Below are positions 13,445 through 24,884 of a stretch of 45,967 nucleotides of DNA, piece by piece. Both the position numbers and the translations under genes were made by a program. The notes beneath the pieces were generated by a model, which was not told where the DNA came from, did no database searches, and was given only the letters and a program-made list of their open reading frames with translations. Numbering within the stretch: position 1 is the first letter of the stretch; every line of letters starts with the position of its first letter. This stretch comes from Geosiphon pyriformis uo1 (taxonomy: Eukaryota > Fungi > Glomeromycota): the NCBI GenBank assembly GCA_016748015.1, contig JAAOMT010000332.1, positions 25,317 through 71,283 of the forward strand, written 5' to 3'.

Positions 13445-14325
13445 TGTTACTCATAGAAATATAGGAAATATATTAGTATAATTATTAGCCAATCAGAAGT
13501 AAGCATAGTAAATGTAGAATTCCAGAATTCCTCTTAGGAATTGCAGGATTCCAGGAATTTCAGGATTTCCAATGAGGAATTACAGGATTCCAGAATTCCA
13601 GGATTCCTCTCAAAGGAATCACAGGATTCCAGGAATTCCAGGATTTCTGTTGTGAAGAATCAAGGAATTGAGAAATCTCAATTATGTATATATAGCAGTA
13701 GTGTTAAAAACAGAAAAAACAGAATCGAAAACCACAGAATTCTTAGCTTAGAAACACAATCATCAAATAAATAATTATTTTATATCAACCCACTCTCCAC
13801 TATCAACACTTCATGTTGATAGTAATTGATACTTAACCACGCTGGAACAATAGCTCTTGATCATGGCTATTAATGGGATACTAATCTGCAAATCACCTTG
13901 GCTTATTTCTTTTCTTTCCTTATTTTCTTTTATTTTTTTTCTTTATTTTATTTTTTTGATTTGTTGTTGTATACTAATTGATTAAAAATTAAAGCGCTGA
14001 GTTATTGACATCAAGGATAGCCTGGTAAAAGACCCAGAAATAAGGGTAGGATTTTATATATTATCAGATAGCTTACCAAAAGGGCATGACTGCCAGACTA
14101 AATCTGGCCACCATGCTGAAAAAGAAATTGGAAAAACTCTTGGAAAATATCAACACTATTGAATCTCTGTTTATTATACAAAGAACTCAACCAAAACCTT
14201 TAGACTCAACCAAAACCTTCAGACTCTATCAAAACTTTCAGATCACTATCAACTGCAATTAGCTTCAAGCACCAAGTTATGGGTTTGTTATTTAAATTCA
14301 ACAGTAGAAATAATCACCTGTAACA
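13445..14325 (+). repeat. 5' LTR of element A
   Basis: TGTTAC...GTAACA terminal inverted repeat; direct repeat of 32559-33439. Confidence 0.95.
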
Positions 14326-14327
14326 TT

Positions 14328-14345
14328 TGGTGCTCCCTGTGAAGT
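14328..14345 (+). promoter_or_regulatory. Primer binding site of element A (TGGTGCTCCC...)
   Basis: TGG 2 nt after the LTR end, complementary to a tRNA ending ...GGGAGCACCA. Confidence 0.85.
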
Positions 14346-14387
14346 ATAATCCTACAGAGAACCAGCACCGACAACACCAAACCAAAA

Positions 14388-16032
14388 GTGGCAGAATCAG
14401 AAACCATAGGAGCAAATCATTTAGGATTCGCAAAATCCTTATTTCAATAATATTGTCAATACTTGGAATTAAACCACAATCATATATTCACTAAATCAGC
14501 CTTCAATTTCTACGTCAACAAAAAGATTTCTTCTTTATTAGGAACACTAGTGAATACTGAATCAGCAAGGGAAACTTTCTATAGGAAATTAATTCAAAAT
14601 ACTAATCATAATTTTGCATTCATTATCACAAAGATCAACAAAGAAATTGAACATCACACCCAACAAAGATATCCAATTACATATGCTAGTAAAGACAAGG
14701 GAAAATTACAAACACCAGCAGTAACACCCAGAAAAATACAGCCACCTGCTTAGAAGAAAAACAGAGTTGAATTCCCAAACAACCCATCCTACTACTATAC
14801 ACCTGGAAGTGCCATCAACATATTATCAACAGATGCATTCACATCAACTGCGACATCAGCATTTAGATGATTCCCATTTCAAAATAGACAAAAAAAAACA
14901 GAATTGTTAGGACCATATAGCGAGTACTTTGAGGGATTTAATTTGTGATCATCAATCCCATCAGGACTTTGATCACCACCGCCTCCACCAGATTTCGGAA
15001 TTTCTGATCCATGGGAAGCAGCAGAATTAGAAAAGGAGGAAGAAGAATCAGAGGACCAAGAATTTACTTACCAACACCCGAACACTGAAAACCCGGAAGT
15101 TGAAACTCCGAACCTTTAAACTCAGCAACAGTTAGAAAATCCGGAAATCGAAACTCCAAATATTCGAATGCCACCAAATCAAAGAAATCAAGGACCCAAA
15201 TTAATTAATCAGAAAAACTTACCTCTGGCAATCGTCATCAATCAACTGCCAATTAATTCCATAGCCGAACCCATACAGCAGCCACTTCAGCTACCACCCC
15301 AACAGCCAGGACAACAACAACTGCTTCAACAGCCACTACAACCACCTAACTTAAATCCAATGGCCTACGCACCAATCACAAAACTTGACAACTTTACTGG
15401 CGAAGAAGATGATGCTTAAATATGGCTGAATGATGTAGAAAAAGCCATTGCAGCCAATGGATGGAATAACGCTTGAGCAATGCAAGCCATTTTCTACTTT
15501 CTCAAAGATACCACCGATTCATAGTATCAGAGCCTGGTTAATAAACCACAAGATTTCAATGCCTTCAAAGCAGAATTCCTAAGATACTTCAGCAACAATA
15601 ACAGCATTAATTGTCTAGTTAATGCATTCACCACCATAAAACAAAGAGAAACTGAAGCAGTTACCACTTACCTGAAATGCTTCCATCAAAACCTATGCCA
15701 AATTCAAGCAATTGACGCCAACTATTTCACAGCACCACAGATACTCAATCAGTTTATCCATGGTCTGCGCAGCAGCATCTTGCAACATGTACATCCATTA
15801 CATCCAGGCACCCTTCAAGATGCAGTTACACGCACCAGAAATTTTGAATCCGCTGAGTCAGAAGCTAACCACGCCCAAGCCATTAATCTAGTGATAAACA
15901 GATTATCTGAATTAGATTCCAAATTGGAAAAGTTCAGTGAATCAATCAATAAGAGATTGGAAGGATACTTAGATGACAATCATACTGTTTATCAGCCTCC
16001 ACAATGACGCAATAACCAAGGAAATTCTAATC
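14388..16032 (+). pseudogene. gag: Element A gag, 5' part (N-terminal extension + capsid)
   Basis: ORFs 14463, 15168 and 15780 share one frame; MAYAPITKLDNFTGEEDDA..WLNDVEKAIAANGWN is a retrotransposon capsid; QFIHGLRSSI. Confidence 0.85.
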
Positions 16033-17000
16033 GTCTCTTTTCTGTAATGTTGTTGATACTTATTTGCTGTGAATTCACGTTTTCTGGGTGTGGTTAAACC
16101 TCCAGTAACTGAATTTTTTAACTTCAAATTATTTCCTATAATTTGAACTTGCTGGGCTTATGAGTGGAATAGCCAATTCCGTGCCAGTTGCTTTATGTAG
16201 TTATGTTGTAGTAAACATCAACTCTTTCCCAGGAATTGCTCGTCTGGAAGCTCACTAAAAATGTGTAGTTACTTTGCTGTAAAAGTCAACTCTTCTACAG
16301 GAATCTCATCTGTAGGCTATCCTAATGATTGTAATAAGAAAAGAAAAAGAAAAATAAAAGAAATGTAAAAGAAATAGAATTTTGTTAAGAGAAACGTTTT
16401 TTATTCAGGCCTGGAATTACTAACAGTTTACTGAAATTGGTAGCTAATCAATTTCGAAATGTTAGTTGGGTTTTGGGGATTTTCCAAGTGCAATAATTAA
16501 AGAGTTTGGTTTTTTCAAATTATTTGATATTTATTTTTTTTTGTGTGTATAGGAATAGTTCTAAGAGATAAATCTAAAGTAAGATACATTTTCTCGAAGA
16601 GAGAAGCTCTTCTTTTATACAACTTGTTATAACACTATTCTATGAACTTGAACTTTGCTATTTTCTACAATTTCGCTGAACTACAGATACATTTTGGCGA
16701 ACTACAAGTTATTTCGGCAAACTATTAGATATTTCAGTGAACTATCAATTATTTTGGCGAATTTCTATAAATTTCAGTGAACTTTTGAATGTTACATAGT
16801 TTGGGGTATTGCATGATTAATCATTGCAATTAGGTTACATTTGTGTTGTGTACAATTTGGGTTATTAATTAAATGATAATTTTGAACATTCTTTGCTAAT
16901 GTAATAAGTGATAATTTGAAACGATAATATATGCTAATTAATGATAAGAATTATAAGATAGTTTCATGCTAAATGATATCTCTAATTTTATCTGGTAACA
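16033..17000 (-). repeat. 3' LTR of element B (terminal 18 nt missing)
   Basis: Direct repeat of 24903-25871; begins TGTTACCAGA on the minus strand right after PPT GAGGAGGAGGTTA. Confidence 0.93.
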
Positions 17001-17688
17001 TAACCTCCTCCTCAAGACTGAGCTCTATTGAAGTCCAAGTACTGTCTATTATTTCCAGATAATAATCCAAAATTATTGAAGAAATTTGGTCTGAAAATTG
17101 TTGAAATTTTAGTTCTGTAAGCTTTCCAATGTATTGAATCTTCAAAGGTTGAAAAATTGGGTTTTGTAGTACGTTTTCACAGGTGTGGAATAGGTCATAA
17201 AGTCTAAGAGCAGCTCTAAGCCTGTAGCAACTGTTTGTTGATCCAGCTGTTATCTTGAATTTGTTGTGGAGTTGTTTCTGAATAGCTTCTTTTGTGAGGT
17301 TTGCTGTTGTAAGTTCCAGTTTCCGTTCATAGAGTGTTTTTCCAATATGAAAATATCTATAGATTGGAGGATATTCAGTGTTTTCCTCATTGAGACACAG
17401 TTGAAGTTTTTGTTGAATTGTAGCATTTGGTGGAATACTAATCAGAGTGAGCATTAAGTTTTTTCTTAAAGCAAGCTTTAAAAGTTCTGGCAGGTGAATT
17501 CCAGTATAACTTCTTGTGTTCTTTTTATACAGATGATATTTTCATGAATTTGGGGCTAATTTTGTAACTACTTCTGTTTGGATATAATTTATGTGGTTTC
17601 TAGTAACAGTAATGGATAATTCGGGTATTGTTTTTAAAGCTAACATTAGTTTTTGGGATAATTGTTGAATGTTTTGAGAAATAGTCAT
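16969..17688 (-). pseudogene. Element B ORF3 (unknown function, ~239 codons, one internal TGA)
   Basis: ATG at 17688 (MTISQNIQQLSQKLM) is in frame with ORF 16969..17454; motifs shared with element A ORF3. Confidence 0.75.
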
Positions 17689-17803
17689 TATAAGCAATTG
17701 AAAAAATAAAAAATTATTTTTGGTGTATGGGTTTTTATGTTATTTTTTTTTTGTTTTTGTGAGATTGTCTCTAAATTATAAGAGAATAACTAGTAAAATT
17801 AAA

Positions 17804-19189
17804 TTAAGTGTTCAGGTTGGAAGGTTGTTTAATAACAACTATTGGTTCTAAGTTTCGGGGAATATCTTTGGAACTGACCAAAGGGAAATGTGTACCAATT
17901 TGTGGAATTAATGGTTCAGGATTGTTTCTGGAATGATAGTGTTTCAAACGATCTCCATGTGCAACTTTTGCTAGGATTTTGTTATCAAGTCTTAGCTTGT
18001 ATGATCCATTGCCTAGGATTTCATAGATAAAAAATGGTCCATCTGATTTTTTTTCAAATTTTCTACTCTATTGTTTTTCAGCTTTAGTTCTGTATAAGAG
18101 AACTTTGTTTCCAATTTTGAATTTATTGGTGACTGAAGACAATTTGTCATCATGCCGTTCTTTTTGTTGAGCTTGGGAGTGTTCAATATGGGTGGCTGCT
18201 ATTTGTCATTTTCTTTTCAATGTGCTAAGCAGAGTGTAGACTCTTCACTAAAGTGTTTCTTGGAAATTGTTTTCATCGATCGGTTGTGCTGGGTATGTTT
18301 CCACTGTGAAACTGATTGGTAACGTTGCTGTCCTTCCATAAGTTAAATCAAATGGTGTGTGTTTCGTGGTATCTTGTTTTAATGTCCTATATGCTAGTAA
18401 TATTGATGGAATAAAGAGATCTTATTCTTGCTCAAAATCGGTTGAGACTTTGGCTAATGACTCACACAATGTTTTGTTAAAACGTGCCACAAGTCCGTTT
18501 GTTTGTGGATGGTAGGGCGAAGACAGAGGTCTTTTGACATTAAATCGTTTACAAATTTCTTGTATCAGGTTGTTTACAAAGTGTGTTCCCTGATCAGATA
18601 AAAGTTCAATTGGACATCCATGTCTACAAATAATGTCTTCGTAGATGAAATTTGCTACTGATTTTGCATCTGCTTGTTGAATGGCTCTGGCTTCAGGCCA
18701 TTTAGTAAGATAGTCTACAGCTACTGCAATATAATGGTTTCTTTGAGTGGTAATAGATAGTGGTCTGACTAAATTGATACCAACTCTGTCAAAAGGCTGT
18801 TCAACTTTGATTGGATTTAAAGGTTTTATAGGGTGAGTTCCTTCTCTTCTTTGACAACTATCACAAGATTCGACATATTTGTGAATGTTTTTTTTCATTC
18901 GAGGCCAAAAGTAGTATTCTAGTGTTCTTTGGGTAGTGCTATCTTTTCTGAAGTGTGCTGATGAAGGATCTGAGTGCATATTGTATAAAATGGTCTCTTT
19001 TTTCTGTTCTTGTATTAATCTGAGTGGTTTGGTTGGGTTTTTGAAATTTCGATGATAGATAATGTTGTTGTGTAAAAAATATTGTTTGGCTTGTTGTTGT
19101 AACCAATGTTTTTCATCTGGGGACCAATCTGTTGGGATTGTTAATGTCTCCAAATATTGTTTGAGATTATTGTAGTTTTTGGGGTTCAT
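17804..19189 (-). pseudogene. Element B integrase, separate ORF (~461 codons)
   Basis: Own ATG (MNPKNYNNL); HHCC (HSDPSSAHF...CDSCQR); rve core AVDYLTKW...SDQGTHF...PYHPQTNG; GPF motif. Confidence 0.9.
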
Positions 19190-19238
19190 TGTTTGTTGTT
19201 TGGATGCTGTTAATTCAAATGAGTGTTGGTTTTGTTTT

Positions 19239-22200
19239 CTAATCTTGTCTCATTCTTGAGAGACAATCAACATTGGTGTGGAGTTTTTCTGGTTTGTGGT
19301 ATACGATGTATTGGTAATTAGCTAAAAATTCTGTCCATCAGGTTTGTTTTGCATTCAGCTAAGTGTTTTTGTTTTGTAGCCATTTAAGTCCAATATTATC
19401 AGTGATAATATCGAATTTTTTGGGTCTGAGGTAAAGGTTGAAGTGATGTAGGGCCCAAATTACTACTGCAGTTTCTAATTTTATTGCAGAGTAGTTCTTT
19501 TTGGCTGGCTTTAATGTTCTACTAGCATAAGCAATTACTTGCTCATTTCCATTGTCATCTAACTGTGATAGGATGGCACCAAAAGCAGTATAAGAAGCAT
19601 CAGTCGCTAACCAGAATTGGTTGCTGAAATTTGGATAGGCGAGAATTGGAGCTGTTGTGAGTTTTTCCTTAAGTATCTTGAAGGCATTTTGGTGTTCTTT
19701 TGTTCATTTGTATTCGACATTTTTAGTAGTGAGCTGGTTGAGGGGTTTTGCAATTTCTGAGAATCCTTTGATGAATTTTTGGTAATAAGATGCTAATCCA
19801 ATAAATCCTCTTAATTCTGTGGTATTTTATGGAGTCTTGAAATTCTTGATAGTACTGATTTTTCCGGAGTCTGGTTTAATTCCATCTTTGCTAACAATGT
19901 GACCAAAAAAAGCTAAACTTGTTTTTCCAAAGTAGCATTTTTCAATGTTCAGTTTCAATCCTGTTTTCCATAATCATTGAAAAACTTCTCGCAGGTAAAT
20001 TAAATGTAGCTCGAAAGATGGTGAATAAACATCAGTGTCATCAAGATAAACTACTACTGATTTCCAAAGGAGGTCTTTGTAAACAACATCCATGAGTCTT
20101 TGAAATGTTGCTGGTACATTGCATAATCTGAAAGGCATTACATTGAACTCGTAATTTCCTCCTTGAATGGTGAATACTGTTTTGGGGTGGTCTTTGGGAT
20201 CCATAGCAACTTGCCAGTATCCACTCTTTAAATCTAATATTGAAAAGTATTTGGACTTTCCAAGGGCATTCAACATGTTATCAATTCGGGGAAGAGGGTA
20301 GGCATCCCCAATGGTGACACTGTTGAGTTGTTGGTAATCAACACAAAATCGTATCTTTCCATTTTTTTTTTTAACTAGGACCACAGGTGAGGCCCATGGG
20401 CTCATTGATGGTTGAATAAGCCCATTGTTAAGCATCCGTTGTACTTCTTCTCAGATAAATTGGTAACTTTTTGGGGCAACTCGGTAGGCTTGTTGTCGCT
20501 TTGGTTTGACATCTTCTGTATAGATTTGGTGTTGAACCAAATCAGTTCTTCCTAAGTCATTGTTGTTTTTGGTAAAGATGTCAGCAAATTCTGCAATTAG
20601 CTCTTTGAGTTGAGTCTGTTGTTGTGGTTCAAGTTGTCCCATGTTGATTCGAGATAGTTTTTCCATGACAACATGGTAGTTTTCGGAGCTGGGATTTGAG
20701 TTGGTTTTTGGTATTGAATGTCCAATAATTTCAGAGAAATCGGGAACTATTTGGGGTAATTCTTGTTGAAATATATTACTGTAAATAACTCTTATTTCTA
20801 AATTATTTAATAAAATTATGGGGTAATTATTGGGATTGTAAAAAGTAACTCAGACTTTCTTTGTTCCTTCTGGAATATAAATGTTTGGGATTAAAATATT
20901 ATGTTCCAAGCAGACTTGTTTATTGGACTCAAAAATTTGTTGTGTGGTTGTTGGCTTTGGGCAGGTGTAGATTTCCAGATGTTCTCCAAAGAGTGAGATA
21001 GTAATCAGTTGTGGAAGTCTGAGAATCTGGTGGGATTTGTTCTGTGTGTTAAGAGTTATATTAACTGGAACTGTAAATCGTCCAGTTGAACCAAAACCTT
21101 GGGTTCTTCTATCACTTTTTCCTAATTGTTCTCTTTGATTGACTAGTTGCAAACCCGAAATGTTGATTAAGGGTAGGTAAATAGCTTGGGCAATTTTTTC
21201 AGCATGTTTGATCTTGAATGGTTTGTCAGTTTCATTTTGAAGTATTACTGTTATGTCTCCAGTATATCCAGCATCGATTATTCCTTTTCTGACATTGATT
21301 CCTTTGCTTGCCAGAGAGGACCGGAAGGCGATTTGAACCATTGCTCCTGGTGGGATTTTGAGTGCAATTTTGAGGTTGATTTATGTGAGAGATTTGGGTT
21401 TGAGAATAAGAGTATCCTTGCCTAGATATCTTAGATCATATCCAGCATCAATTTCGTGTGCTTTTTCAGGTTTTATTCCTTGTCCATTGTTGTTGAAGTA
21501 TTTAAATTGTAAGGCAGGCTGATTTTCAATAAGGTAGATGGGTGTTGTTTCAATTTCTTTTGTTTCTTCAGGTTCTCCAAATTCAATTTCATTCTCATCA
21601 TTTTTGCTAGACAAGGGAATACTAAGAGCATAGCATTCAGAACACCATTGTTCATTGCAAAGCATAATGCATTTTTCACATAGTCTAATGTTCATTTGCT
21701 CTAATTGTTGAATTTGAGCTTCTTGGGTCAGGTAGGTATAACTTGCAATTTGGTGGTAGATTTCTACTTCATCTTCATAATTAAATCCAGCTAATTCCAT
21801 GGTGTATTCAATGTATTCTGCTTTTTTCATTTGACAAACATCTTCTTTGGTAGCTCTATTAATTAATGCCATTGCTAAGTTGAAAATCATCTCGGCATCA
21901 TGAGAGTAGTGATAAAGTTTGTTGAGAGCACTGTTGTATGCTGCATTAAAGGGTGTTCCTCTTTTTACTTTTTCTGAAATTGATAAAGCATATTGGCAGG
22001 TCTGATCGCAGACACCTCTTCTTATTGCTACATCAATCCAATTGCATTCTTCCAGTAGCATATCTTTACAAGTCAAACAAGGGGTGTTGTCCCATTTTCC
22101 ACTCCTTTTTATTAGATGGCCCCATTGCTCTCTGTGGCAAGCCTTGCAGTAATAACAAGTATGATTCTCATATTCTTTTTCAGGTGAAATGCAGGCTCCC

Positions 22201-24842
22201 ATTGACGATAGTTTCTTGTGGCAGTCCTTACATTTAAGGGGAATATAGGGGTATTGTTTCCTTGGTTCAGGTTTTGAGTAAGATATATTTCATCCAGAGG
22301 TTTTGGGTTTAGTGTGTGGGGTAAAATGTTCTTGTTCTGTTTTATCAGTCCAGTTGGATGTTGATCCAAGAGCCATGAATGTTTCGATTATTGGTTTTTC
22401 TTTTTCTGGTTCAAATTCAAAAGCCGGGGCTTTTTCAGAGCATTGGTTGAATGTACCACAAATGGCAGGTACCCAGGCATGTTGTCCTTGGTAGGAGATT
22501 GTTAACTCTTGTGTTTCCCAATTCAGATTAGCATTGGCTTTTTGAAGCCAATCATTTCCGACGAGAGCTTGGTACTGGGGTGCATCCATTACAAGAACTT
22601 TGACTGGAATGGTGATTCTATCAAGAGTGAACGGAAAATTGTCAATTTCTTTTACTGGGGTCTTTTTCATGCCATTAGCAGTGATGATTACTGTTTGAGC
22701 TGGTCGGTCAACATTTCTTTTCAACTGTTGTATTAACTGGTAGGTAATAATGCTTCCGGCGGATCCACTGTCTAGGATCAAGCAAATTGGCTTTCCTTTT
22801 ATTTCAGCTTCTGTGTACATTGCAGTGATGGTTTTTTGCTCATTAGCCGCTGCATTGCTAAGCAAGAATGGTGATTCATTTGCTTCAAATTCAAAAGGAA
22901 AGATATCAAAGAGATTGGCATTTTCAGCAATTTAGGCTGGTGGAATAGTGGTGTGGTTATGAAAAGGGTTTTGTTGTTATTGTGCTGTAGCTCTACCTTC
23001 CGAGAGTACAGTATGGTAAAAATCCTGTTTTTCCGGCATTATTAAATAACTGGGTTGAGTGTGGTAATGGTTGGGTCTTGGTTGAGTGGTATTTTGGGGA
23101 ACTAATTAGTTGTTCAAACTGATTCTACTGTTGTTTACTTGGTATCAGTTTTGTGGTGTGAATTGATTTTGTGTAATCAGTCTTCGAGCAGGTATTTGAT
23201 AATATTGTGTGGGTGGTTGTTGGTATTGCTGTTGGATTGGTTGTGGGGCGGGCTGATAATAGTTATTTTGGTATTGGGGTCTTGGTGAATAGTAAGCTGG
23301 TGGTGATAGTTGATAATAAGATTGCTGTGGTGAAGAGTAACGTTGATTATCCCTATTTTGTTGGTCTTGTTGTAGCTTTCTGCAATCTCTTTTTCAGTGG
23401 CCAGAGATTCCACAGTAATGGCAATTCTGGGGCTGGTTATTGGAAAGTGGTGCAAAGTTATTTTGAATTTGTCTTTGGGGTGGTTGATATCTTTGTTGTT
23501 GTTGGTTGGTAAAATAGTTTTCGACCTTCTTTGTGAGTTGGTCAATTTTTTCCTCAGCTGCTGAGCTGGTTTGTTCAATTGCCAAATTTACAAGTTTTGT
23601 ATGATTGGCTTCTTCCATGGCCATTTCGTATCTTTTTGCATGCTGTATGGCAGAGTTTAAATCTTCTGGCGCGTGTGGGCGAATCTTTTTAATTAGTTTA
23701 TCTTTTAGACCAGCAATAAATTGATCCAAGATTTGAGCATCAGAATAATAATTGTTTGTCTCAAGTTGGCAAATTCATCTAAGAAGTTTGTTGAATTTCC
23801 CAATATAAGTCATAACAGATTCGGAGAGTTCTTGTTTGATATTTCGAAAACGATTGCAAAGAGTGATGGAGGTATTATTGTCGGTGAACTGTTCAAGAAA
23901 GGCTGCTTTGAAAGCATTCCAATCATTGAATGGGGCGGCCAGGTTTTCAAACCATTTTCCTGCTGTTCCTTTAAGAAAGTATGGAATTGTTCTTAACATT
24001 CTGGTGGCATTCCATCCATTTGCATCTCCGGCTTTAGTAACTTGGTCAAGCCATTCTTGAGGACTGGTCTCAATGTTTTCTCCATTAAAGTCAGGGATTT
24101 TTGCAATGTATGTTGTCATTTCATCTTCTTCGTTTTCACTGTCTATTGATTCTTCTTCAGTTATTTCAGAGTTGTTTTCTTCGTTTGCTGCTGTCTCAGA
24201 GTGTTCACTTTGATTTTCAGCTAGAAAATCAAGAAGATTGGAACTAGTTTGAAGGGGTTTTTGTTGTCTGATGGGACTTCTGAGTAATGTAAAATCTTCT
24301 GGTCTTGCAAATTGATTCAAGGGTGAATTAGGTGTTTGTGCTTGTGCAAGTGAAGCTGGAAAAAGTGTAATAGTAAGTGGAAGTTTTGAGCTGGTTCCTT
24401 GTTCAGGTGTTTGTAAATATTTGAATGATATTTTGGGAGTATTGAGTGTTGTGTGAACAGGTTGGTTATCTTTTTGTCTTTTGTTGCTACTGGTTTCAGG
24501 TTCAGATTCGAGTTCAAAGGCAAATTGTGTGTTTGGAGGATATTTTTCTTCACAGAATCGAATGATATTATAATCAAGTTCTTCAAAATAAGTAGCACAA
24601 GCTTCAGCACTAATGTTTTCTGATTCAGTGTTGGAATAGTGTAGTATGTTCTCAAGAAGATCTCTTTTAACTGTTGTAATGTTATAGTTCCCAAAGAGGT
24701 AGTCATTAGTTTGATTTTTGATGTATTGAAAAAGTGTTTTCTTGAAAGCTATGATTCCATTACATATTTCAAATCGTTGTTTGCAGTGTGTGTAGATCGA
24801 TTGATAGTACTCTAAGGTTGTGATGTCTGAGGCAGTCGCCAC
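19239..24842 (-). pseudogene. Element B single-frame polyprotein gag-PR-Cys domain-dUTPase-RT-RH
   Basis: ORFs starting at 24842, 23729, 22865, 22202, 21341, 20666 and 20435 are all in one frame; CCHC CHYCGISGH*KRDC, LILDSGSAGS, AGYDL/RSSLA/GIIDAGYTG/GFGSTG, YLDD; ends NVDCLSRMRQD*. Confidence 0.9.
21080..21500 (-). pseudogene. dut: dUTPase domain of element B
   Basis: All five dUTPase motifs: DAGYDL, RSSLA, GIIDAGYTGDI, KIAQAI, RRTQGFGSTG. Confidence 0.9.
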
Positions 24843-24870
24843 TTTGAATTTGTTGCTGTGTTATTTCCGT

Positions 24871-24882
24871 GGGAGAGCACCA
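24871..24882 (-). promoter_or_regulatory. Primer binding site of element B (TGGTGCTCTCCC)
   Basis: 2 nt from the LTR end; same first 8 nt as the element A PBS. Confidence 0.85.
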
Positions 24883-24884
24883 AA

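Noticed and set aside
13541-13774. 77-aa ORF present in both A LTRs (also 32655-32888)
   Set aside because: TTG start; translation of the U3 repeat array; similarity is explained by LTR identity
16670-16790. CRISPR-like repeat/spacer look
   Set aside because: 12-nt core with 8-nt spacers inside a eukaryotic LTR, repeated in both LTRs; no cas genes
23177-23996. Overlapping alternative-frame and antisense ORFs within gag of element B
   Set aside because: No counterpart in element A; expected from the biased composition
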